The notes under the pieces are model-generated. The model ran no database searches and had not been told where the DNA came from. It saw nothing but the letters and a program-made list of their open reading frames with translations. A stretch of DNA of 54,294 nt, from the sequence record SRR2962707_1437. One strand, 5' to 3'. The position numbers and the translations under genes are program-made. This document shows positions 47,113-54,294 of the stretch, piece after piece. The stretch's first letter is position 1; each line of letters begins with the position of its first letter.

Positions 47113-48216
47113 TCAGCGGCTCTTGTCTTCAATCGGAATGACGAATCTGCAGACAAGGCCTTCGCTCTGCCAGTCGAAATCGACAGTGCCTTCGCCGAAC
47201 AGGTTCTGCGCGCATTTCATGACGATGCCCGTGCCGAGCCCCCGGCGCACCGGCGCCGACATCACAGGCGGGCCGCCGCGCTCGGTCCAGCACAAATGAA
47301 ATTGCCCTGCGGCCGGCCGCTGCCACTCGATGGTCACGCGCCCTTCCGGTGCCGACAGCGCGCCGTATTTCGTGGCGTTGGTCGCAAGCTCATGCACGGC
47401 CATGACCACCGATTGCGCGATGCCGGGTTCAAGCCGCACGCCGGGCCCGGTCCAGATAATCCGTCCTTCGCCTTCCGCCTGATGCACGCTCATCTCGTCG
47501 GCGAACAGCCGGGCGAGGTCGACGCGCTCTTCGCCGTCTTCCAGCAGCAGGCGCTGCGAATGGGCGAGCGCGTTGATGCGCCCGAGAAGCGCCGCCTTGT
47601 ATTCCTCGACCGTCGCCGCCTTCGTCATCTGCACCATGCCGGCGGCGACCGCGAGCATGTTCTTCGCGCGGTGTCCCATGTCCTGCGCATAGAGCGAGAG
47701 CTTCTCCTCGTTTCTCTTCCGCTCCGCAATGTCGTTGAAAACGATGGCGACGCGGCGCTGCTCCGGCAGGCCCACGCGGAAGGCATGAACCTCGTACCAG
47801 CGGCCAAGCGTCGCCGCGGGATTGTCGAACCGCGCGGGCTCGCCCGTCAGCGCGATGCGGCCGTAAATCTCGAACCAGTGCTGCTCGTGATCGGGGCGGA
47901 ACCAGCGCATCGTCCGCCCTTCGGCATCCTGCAAGCCCGTCTGCGCCACAAAGGCCGGGTTCACCCGGAGGAACATGTAGTCGTTCGGCTGCCCCGCCGC
48001 GTCGAACAGAACCTCGATGATGCACACGCCTTGGTCGACCCGGTCCAGCAGGGTGCGGTACGTCGTCTCGATGTCGTCGGAAGGAAACTCGGTCAGGCCG
48101 TTGCGATCTGTGTTGAGAGCGCCGTTGCCGGCGGCTGCGATATCCCGCCGGGCGGAGAGATCGGATGGAGGGGACACTTCGGTCCCCGGACAACGAGTGT
48201 GGTGTACACGCGCCAT
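47113..48216 (-). CDS. PAS-domain HWE histidine kinase
   Basis: HRAKN, HELATNATKYGALS, WTERGGP; N-terminal PAS; start uncertain. Confidence 0.9.
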   Translation of the reverse strand: MARVHHTRCPGTEVSPPSDLSARRDIAAAGNGALNTDRNGLTEFPSDDIETTYRTLLDRVDQGVCIIEVLFDAAGQPNDYMFLRVNPAFVAQTGLQDAEGRTMRWFRPDHEQHWFEIYGRIALTGEPARFDNPAATLGRWYEVHAFRVGLPEQRRVAIVFNDIAERKRNEEKLSLYAQDMGHRAKNMLAVAAGMVQMTKAATVEEYKAALLGRINALAHSQRLLLEDGEERVDLARLFADEMSVHQAEGEGRIIWTGPGVRLEPGIAQSVVMAVHELATNATKYGALSAPEGRVTIEWQRPAAGQFHLCWTERGGPPVMSAPVRRGLGTGIVMKCAQNLFGEGTVDFDWQSEGLVCRFVIPIEDKSR

Positions 48217-48391
48217 TGCGGCGAATCCTCGGGCGCTCTCGCGCTGCGGTCCGGCACCGCACCACGCTCTCTCACAGGAAAGCGTGAGTTCAGCTTAATG
48301 CCAACCCCCCGTCCCGCAAGGAGAATCCGGAACGGCGTGTGAGTGAACTTGTATTTAATGGGGGGCGTGAAAGGGGCCCGGAACCCGCCAA

Positions 48392-50989
48392 CTATGCTGC
48401 TGCCCTGGAGTTTGCCTTGGCGTCGCCCCAGACGCGCGCGATGCATGCCTCGATCTTCTTCTCGAACCGCGCAACTAGGTCACGGTTGCCATCGACAATG
48501 GCTTGCTCGGCTTCGACTTCTGCAACAAGTGTCTGCTGAGCACCCACAGGCGGTAGCGGTATGCGAAGCTTGAGAAATTGAGATTTGGCTATGTTCTTCA
48601 TGCTTCCGCTGGTGCCGCCGGAGATCGCACTGATTTTTGATCTGTATTCCTTGGAAGAAATGATCAGATGAACGAATCTCGGGACGACGTCGGTTCGAGT
48701 TATGCGGGTTTGCCAAAGGCGGTCCGGAAGGTAGAGTTTGTTGTAATTGCGATCGACGAAGGCACTGGCTCCAACCAGCGCCTCCGTATTCATTCGGCTG
48801 ATAATGACGGAATTTTTTCGGGGGTTACAGCGTGCGCGGGAAAGTTCGTCAGGCAGTATTGCTTTGTGCTGAGAAGGATCGAACGCACCTGAGGTGACTG
48901 CGCTGGTTTTTAGTACCCCAGCTTCCCCATCGCGCGCCGTACGGTTTTCGGAATTGACGCTTACGCCCGTTTCCAAATCATCGATGATGTCGCCCAGTTC
49001 GATCATCGGCCAGTCCGGGTCGACGTGAATGTGGGGGCGATAGTCGTCGATGACCGCGCGGGCGCCATCGACGACTTTCTGATAACCCTCGATCTCCGTC
49101 ACGATCTCTCGTTGCACTTCCAACGGCGGAAGGGGGATTTCGATCTTCTCAAGATTTCCCTTGGTTATATGGACTAGGCCCACTCCTCCATGAAGGTTGT
49201 CCTCGACCTGGTCAACGACGGCATTCAGAATGTGAAGCAAGTACATTTTGTCAGCGCGAGTTTCATCGAACTTCACATTGAAAATGTGCTGGTTAAGAAT
49301 CGCGCGAGGTCCTTCCCACAAGTGCGCCCCAAAGGATGTTCCGCGCGATCCAGACCATGAAAAAAGTAGATCGCCATTTTCGATGATGAACCGCTCCCGA
49401 ACCTCCCCAGAGTAATAATTTAGTGTTGCACCGCGATTGTTTAAATTCTGTATACGAACAATTGGAAGTCCGCCCCCGTCTTTGGTTTCCCAATCATCGG
49501 GTTTGAAGGCACGCCCATTAATCAGTTCGCAAAGCTCGCCAATCGGGACCAACGGCCAGTGGGAAGTCCTTACAGCTGCTACTTTGTAGCGTTCGCCACT
49601 AAAATTGTAGCCCGCACTTTCGGCCAGCTTCACCCGCTCGACTGCGTTTCCAAGGCTGCTTTCCAAAATCGCGCGACTGCCCGCCCGCGCCGCCTCCAGC
49701 CAAGCCTGCAACTCGGCTTTCACTTGCGACAGTTGCGACCCTTTTACCGCCTTGCGTTGTGCGCCGAGGCTGAAGCCGTCATTCTCGATCTTGAAGAAGG
49801 CGACATGATCGCTCGCCTTCGCGACCGCCCGGTCGAGAATGAGTATCGAGGTCTTGACGCCCGAATAGGGATTGAACACGCCCGCAGGCAGCGAGATGAC
49901 GGCGGCGAGGAAGTTCTCGACCAGCATCTTACGCAACGCGACATAGGCGCTCTGGTTCTGGAAGATGATACCTTCCGGCACGACGATGGCCGCGCGCCCC
50001 TTCGGCGTCAGGTGCTCTGCCATATAGTCGACGAACAGCACCTCGCTGCGCTTCGACTGCACCTGAAACCGTGTATGCGGTTTGATGCCGCCCTTCGGCG
50101 ACATGAAAGGCGGGTTGGCGAGAATGACATCCGCCGTCTCGGTCCATTTCTCCTCGCTGGTCAGCGTGTCGTATTCCTCGACCTTCGGATCGGCGAACCC
50201 GTGCAGATAGAGGTTGACGAGGCTGAGCCGCACCATGTCCGGCGAAATGTCGTAGCCCCCGATGTTCCGCGCCAGCCGCTCGCGATCTTCCGGCGTCAGC
50301 AGGTCGCCCGGAAAGCGCATCGGGCTTTCAAGCGCGAGCTCCGTCGCGTCCGTCTCCCCGCCGTTTTCGTTCGCCGTTTCCACATGCGTGGAGTTTGCCT
50401 TCAGGATGTGCTTGTAGGCGGAGATGAGAAACCCCGCCGTGCCGCAGGCGGGATCGAGGATCGTCTCGTTCTTCTTCGGGTTGATGATCTCGACCATGAA
50501 GTCGATGATGTGGCGCGGCGTCCGGAACTGGCCTGCGTCGCCCTGGCTGCCGAGCACGGAAAGGAGATACTCGAACGCATCGCCCAGCTTCTCGCTATGG
50601 TCGTAGGTGAAGTTGTCGATCTCGCGCAGAAAACTCCGCAGCGTCTCCGGGTCGCGATAGGGCAGATAGGCATTGCGGAAGATCGAGCGGAACAGTGCCG
50701 GGAGGCGCTCGTTCTCCACCATCTTCGTAAGAGCCTCGGAATAGGTGTTGAGCATGTCCTGCCCGGACACGCCGGGCGCGACGAGGTTCGCCCAGCGATA
50801 GCGCTCATACTCGGCCGTAAAGAATTTCCGCTCGCCGCCCAGTTCCTCGGCTTCGAGGTCCATGTCGTCCATGAACTTGTAGATCAGCGCCACCGTGATC
50901 TGCTCGACCTGGCTCTTCGGGTCGGGAACCTTGCCGACCAGAATGTCGCGGCAGGTGTCGATGCGGCGTTTGGTAGTGGAATCGAGCAT
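48392..50989 (-). CDS. hsdM: Type I R-M N6-adenine methyltransferase fused to specificity subunit (two TRDs)
   Basis: GQFRTPRH, DPACGTAGFL, NPPF; C-terminal WP...GE/D and IPLPP...Q repeats of HsdS. Confidence 0.92.
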   Translation of the reverse strand: MLDSTTKRRIDTCRDILVGKVPDPKSQVEQITVALIYKFMDDMDLEAEELGGERKFFTAEYERYRWANLVAPGVSGQDMLNTYSEALTKMVENERLPALFRSIFRNAYLPYRDPETLRSFLREIDNFTYDHSEKLGDAFEYLLSVLGSQGDAGQFRTPRHIIDFMVEIINPKKNETILDPACGTAGFLISAYKHILKANSTHVETANENGGETDATELALESPMRFPGDLLTPEDRERLARNIGGYDISPDMVRLSLVNLYLHGFADPKVEEYDTLTSEEKWTETADVILANPPFMSPKGGIKPHTRFQVQSKRSEVLFVDYMAEHLTPKGRAAIVVPEGIIFQNQSAYVALRKMLVENFLAAVISLPAGVFNPYSGVKTSILILDRAVAKASDHVAFFKIENDGFSLGAQRKAVKGSQLSQVKAELQAWLEAARAGSRAILESSLGNAVERVKLAESAGYNFSGERYKVAAVRTSHWPLVPIGELCELINGRAFKPDDWETKDGGGLPIVRIQNLNNRGATLNYYSGEVRERFIIENGDLLFSWSGSRGTSFGAHLWEGPRAILNQHIFNVKFDETRADKMYLLHILNAVVDQVEDNLHGGVGLVHITKGNLEKIEIPLPPLEVQREIVTEIEGYQKVVDGARAVIDDYRPHIHVDPDWPMIELGDIIDDLETGVSVNSENRTARDGEAGVLKTSAVTSGAFDPSQHKAILPDELSRARCNPRKNSVIISRMNTEALVGASAFVDRNYNKLYLPDRLWQTRITRTDVVPRFVHLIISSKEYRSKISAISGGTSGSMKNIAKSQFLKLRIPLPPVGAQQTLVAEVEAEQAIVDGNRDLVARFEKKIEACIARVWGDAKANSRAAA

Positions 50990-51001
50990 GGCAGTCTTTC
51001 G

Positions 51002-53536
51002 TCAGAGAAACGGGTTCAGGGACACATAGTCCTTGATATATTCGGGAATGCGCTTGCGCCACTTCTCCGGCACCGCGCGCAGGTCACGTGTGGTGAAGGT
51101 CGGATTGACGTTGAGGTCGGCTAAATGCCCCGCGTCGATCAGCGCGCGAACCTTGGCATCCTTGATATAGGCTTCGAAGAAATAGCGTATCTGGGCGATG
51201 CGGTCAGCCTCTTCGGGTTTCTGGTCGAGCAGGAACTTCTGGAACTCGTCCTCGATGAGGTCCGCCTTGCTCTTGAAGGCCGGAATGAAACCGAAAGCTT
51301 TTTCGATCAGTTCCCTTATGCTGACCCGCCGGTCCACACCCGCCGCCCGGCGCAGGCGTTCGAGGTTGAAATATTCGTCGGGCTTGTCGAAAAGCTCCTC
51401 GATGACGTGCCGCGTTGCGGCTTCCCAGTTCTGCTGCTCGACAAGCTCCGAAAGCCTTTCGTCCGACCGCGCCATGTCCTCGAATTTCCGGAACAGCTCG
51501 CGGTCCACCCGCATGCCTTCCGGGCCGATCTGTTGCTGCGCGAGGTAGACTACATTGTCGGGCTCGAAGAACTCATAGCCCGCTATCCCTCCGGGCGGGC
51601 CATCGCCGCCGCCGGTGGAGAGAGCTGCCGCCGCCTGCTTCGGCAGCGTCAGTTCCTCGTCGTATTGGAATTTTTCTTCGAAGAATTCGCAATTGGCGAA
51701 GAAGTCGAACAGCCGGAACGCTGTTTTCCGGACGTCGCCGATTTCGGCCTTCTTCGCGGGGTCGAACATTTCCGTGGCGAAGTTGTGCCTACGGGTGCCG
51801 CGCCCCTTCATCTGTACGAAATCGGACGGCGAAAAGATCGGGCGCATCATCGCGAGATTGAGAATGTCGGGGCAATCGTAACCTGTCGTCATCATGCCCA
51901 CCGTGACGCAGACCCTTGCCTTGCTCGTGCGGTAGTCCGGCAGGAGGCGGCTATGCCCGCCGAGATTGTTGTTCGCGAAATTGAGCGTCATCTTCTGCGC
52001 GCCCGTGACATGGCTCGTCACCTGCATCGCGAAGTCCGACTGGTAGACGCCGGGCCAGAGCTCTTCGGCCATGATGTTGAGCATCTGCGTGATCTTCGCC
52101 GCATGGTTCTGGCTGACGGCGAAGGCGATGGTCTTGCCGAACTCACCGGTGATCGGGTCGCGAAGTCCGTGCTCCAGCAGGGCCTTGCAGAAAGCCTTGT
52201 TGGTTGCCTCGGCGAAGAAACGTTTCTCGAAGTCCCGACCTGCGAAGACCTCTTCGACCTCGTTTCCATCCGCATCGACCGAGTCCACAACGAAGCCTTC
52301 GTCCGAAAGAAGCTGCGTCGTAACGCCGGTCCGGGCATCGACCACGTAGGGGTTGATCAGGTAGCCGTCCCTCACGCCGTCGATCAGCGAATAGCGGAAG
52401 GTGGGCTCGCCCGACTCGCAGCCGAAAGTGCGATAGGTGTCGAGCATCATGCGGCGCTCCGCCTCGCGCGGGTCGCGCTCCTTCCGTCGCTTTGCGGGCT
52501 GCTTCAGATAATCCCGCGGCGTTGCGGTGAGGCCGAGCTTGTAGCCGATGAAATACTCAAAAACCGCCCGTGCATTGCCCCCGATCGAACGATGCGCTTC
52601 GTCCGAAATGACAAGGTCGAAATCGGTCGGCGAGAAGAGCCGCCGGTATTTGTCGTTGAAGAGAAGAGACTGAACCGTCGTCACCACGATGTCGGCCTTG
52701 CGCCAGTCGTCGCGTTGCGCCTTGTAGATGACGGAGGTGAAATCGTTCTTGAGCAGGTCCGTGAAGGCCTTCTGCGCCTGATCTTCGAGTTCCAGCCGGT
52801 CGACGAGGAACAGCACCCGTTTGGCATTGCGCGTCTTCAGGAAGAGTTTGACAACGGCCGCTGCCGTCAGTGTCTTGCCCGTGCCGGTCGCCATTTCGAA
52901 CAGGAAGCGCGTCGCCCCTTTCTTCACGTCCTCCTGAATCCGCTCGATGGCGCGCTGCTGATACTTTCGGAGAAAACGGAGTTTGACCGTCTCGATGAAG
53001 GCAGGACGTTCTGCCTCGTTCTTCCAGGCGGCCTCGTTCGCATAGTCCGGCATCTGCGTAAGCGCGATGAAGTCGTCCCCAACGGGTTCGCTGGCAAGAC
53101 GGTTCGCGTCCGGCTCGAACGCATAGTGGTTCCTGATTGCGTCCGGTCCGGGAAACTTCGAGATGACGGAGGGGTTTCCCTGCTGAAGGTCCCAGAGATA
53201 ATGGATATTGCCGTTGCTCAGGATCACGAAGCGCGCATTGTACGAGCGCGCGTAGCGCCTGGCCTGCTCCTTGGCCGATAGCGGGTTCTTCCCTTCGGAT
53301 TTCGCTTCGAGCACGATCAGGGGCTTCCCGTCGCGATCCAGCATGAGAAAATCGACAAAGCCGTTCTTCGACTTTTCGAAGTCGTCGCCCAGCGCCTCGA
53401 TTTCGGACGGGGTGATCTTGGCATTCGCCTCAAGAACCACGTTCGCGGGTCCGTTGGCGTCGTCAAAGAAGCGCCAGCCGGCTTCTTCCAGAAGCCGGTT
53501 GATCTTGATCCGCGCTGTCGCTTCCTTGCTCGCCAA
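51002..53536 (-). CDS. hsdR: Type I restriction endonuclease subunit R
   Basis: D...LEAK nuclease, MATGTGKT, DEAHR, GLTATP, QMKGRGTR. Confidence 0.92.
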   Translation of the reverse strand: MASKEATARIKINRLLEEAGWRFFDDANGPANVVLEANAKITPSEIEALGDDFEKSKNGFVDFLMLDRDGKPLIVLEAKSEGKNPLSAKEQARRYARSYNARFVILSNGNIHYLWDLQQGNPSVISKFPGPDAIRNHYAFEPDANRLASEPVGDDFIALTQMPDYANEAAWKNEAERPAFIETVKLRFLRKYQQRAIERIQEDVKKGATRFLFEMATGTGKTLTAAAVVKLFLKTRNAKRVLFLVDRLELEDQAQKAFTDLLKNDFTSVIYKAQRDDWRKADIVVTTVQSLLFNDKYRRLFSPTDFDLVISDEAHRSIGGNARAVFEYFIGYKLGLTATPRDYLKQPAKRRKERDPREAERRMMLDTYRTFGCESGEPTFRYSLIDGVRDGYLINPYVVDARTGVTTQLLSDEGFVVDSVDADGNEVEEVFAGRDFEKRFFAEATNKAFCKALLEHGLRDPITGEFGKTIAFAVSQNHAAKITQMLNIMAEELWPGVYQSDFAMQVTSHVTGAQKMTLNFANNNLGGHSRLLPDYRTSKARVCVTVGMMTTGYDCPDILNLAMMRPIFSPSDFVQMKGRGTRRHNFATEMFDPAKKAEIGDVRKTAFRLFDFFANCEFFEEKFQYDEELTLPKQAAAALSTGGGDGPPGGIAGYEFFEPDNVVYLAQQQIGPEGMRVDRELFRKFEDMARSDERLSELVEQQNWEAATRHVIEELFDKPDEYFNLERLRRAAGVDRRVSIRELIEKAFGFIPAFKSKADLIEDEFQKFLLDQKPEEADRIAQIRYFFEAYIKDAKVRALIDAGHLADLNVNPTFTTRDLRAVPEKWRKRIPEYIKDYVSLNPFL

Positions 53537-53646
53537 GGCCCCCCCCTCGCGCTCAGGCGTCCATGCATCCGGTCAAAGCCGGATACCGGAAAAGCGAGCG
53601 CTCAAGTTTTTGTAGCATGAGGGACTCCGGGCTTCGACACATAGTC

Positions 53647-54000
53647 TCACCCCTCCGGACGTGTCCAGATCCAGCTCCCGCCGATCAGCGCCGCCGCCAG
53701 CGGCGCCAGCGACCAGGGCAGCGGCGCGAACACGAGCGCGGCGGCGATGCTCACCGCGAAGGCGGCGAGCGCCGCCTGTTTGCCCTTCCGCGAAATCGCG
53801 CCCCGCTCCCGCCACAGCCGGATGTGAGGGCCGAAGCGCGGATGGTCGAGAAGCCGCCGCTCCAGCGCCTCGTTGCTGCGCGCGAAACAGAAGGCCGCAA
53901 GAATGAGAAACGGCACCGTCGGCAGGAGCGGCAGCGCCACGCCGATCCCGCCAAGCGCGAGCGCCACGAAACCGGCAATCAGATAGAAGAATTTCGGCAC
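53647..54000 (-). CDS. ybaN: YbaN/DUF454 membrane protein
   Basis: LG.IG..LPLLPTVPFLILAAFCFARS, L.HP.FG..I..W; GTG start after GGAG. Confidence 0.88.
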   Translation of the reverse strand: MPKFFYLIAGFVALALGGIGVALPLLPTVPFLILAAFCFARSNEALERRLLDHPRFGPHIRLWRERGAISRKGKQAALAAFAVSIAAALVFAPLPWSLAPLAAALIGGSWIWTRPEG

Positions 54001-54152
54001 TCGGGGCTCCGGGAAGGGTCGTGCTGCGGTGCACCTATAAAGCCTGGACGATGGCCGTCGCGCAATCCACCCCGGCCTCGCCCCCGGCGCGCGCGCCGCC
54101 CCCGGGGATAAGTCCCGGATCATCCGTACACGGAGCGGTTTGAAAGAGGTTT

Positions 54153-54181
54153 ATGACGTTTTTGTGACAGTACGATGACAG
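54153..54181 (-). promoter_or_regulatory. Pho box upstream of ybaN
   Basis: CTGTCAT-cgta-CTGTCAC-aaaa-ACGTCAT, 11-bp period. Confidence 0.7.
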
Positions 54182-54238
54182 TCGGCACTATTATGGAGAA
54201 GAAAGCCGGGGATATCCGGGGATGCCATTCCGGAGGAA

Positions 54239-54294
54239 TGGTGCACCCGGCACGATTCGAACGTGCGACCTCTGCCTTCGGAGGGCAGCGCTCT
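54239..54294 (-). tRNA. tRNA-Arg(CCG), 5' part beyond window end
   Basis: Reverse complement shows anticodon arm CTGCC-CTCCGAA-GGCAG, T-loop GTTCGAAT and 3' GGGTGCACCA. Confidence 0.93.

Noticed and set aside
48329-48353. GGAAC as an EcfG promoter near the HWE kinase
   Set aside because: Wrong strand for the gene and no matching -10 element.
49559-53281. 521-aa and 718-aa plus-strand ORFs
   Set aside because: Antisense shadows of hsdM-S and hsdR.
48300-54294. tRNA-anchored genomic island with att sites
   Set aside because: No integrase and no convincing duplicate of the tRNA 3' end seen (only a short GGTGCACC near 54028).

Overview
GC-rich alphaproteobacterial chromosomal window (gene content and order resemble Parvibaculum-like Hyphomicrobiales; this is inference). 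Left to right: (1) a Pho-regulon pair (divergent PstS-like protein, OprO/P porin) with clear Pho boxes; (2) a general stress response (GSR) cluster (PhyK-like kinase, two NepR, PhyR, EcfG, CsbD, DUF1328, entericidin, DUF3309, PRC-barrel, MgtC, FMN reductase) with about eight EcfG-type promoters, one of which has no ORF and fronts a C-rich structured sRNA candidate; (3) a ~27 kb surface-structure region: a Tad/Flp pilus locus with no prepilin peptidase, a TpsB (ShlB/FhaC) transporter with no TpsA partner, three paralogous Gly/Leu-rich lipoproteins sharing an unnamed repeat, a solo DUF1302 barrel, a two-component system, a Rap1a-like protein and an AraC/hydrolase/P450 module, with a recurrent YGTGTGAST motif in its intergenic regions; (4) catabolic genes (TetR, ADH pseudogene, thiolase, MerR, ALDH) and an HWE kinase; (5) a type I R-M system with fused M-S subunit, ybaN with a Pho box, and a truncated tRNA-Arg(CCG). 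The best candidate for an undescribed system is the repeat-lipoprotein/TpsB/Tad/DUF1302 module. All family calls come from motif recognition, with no database searches.
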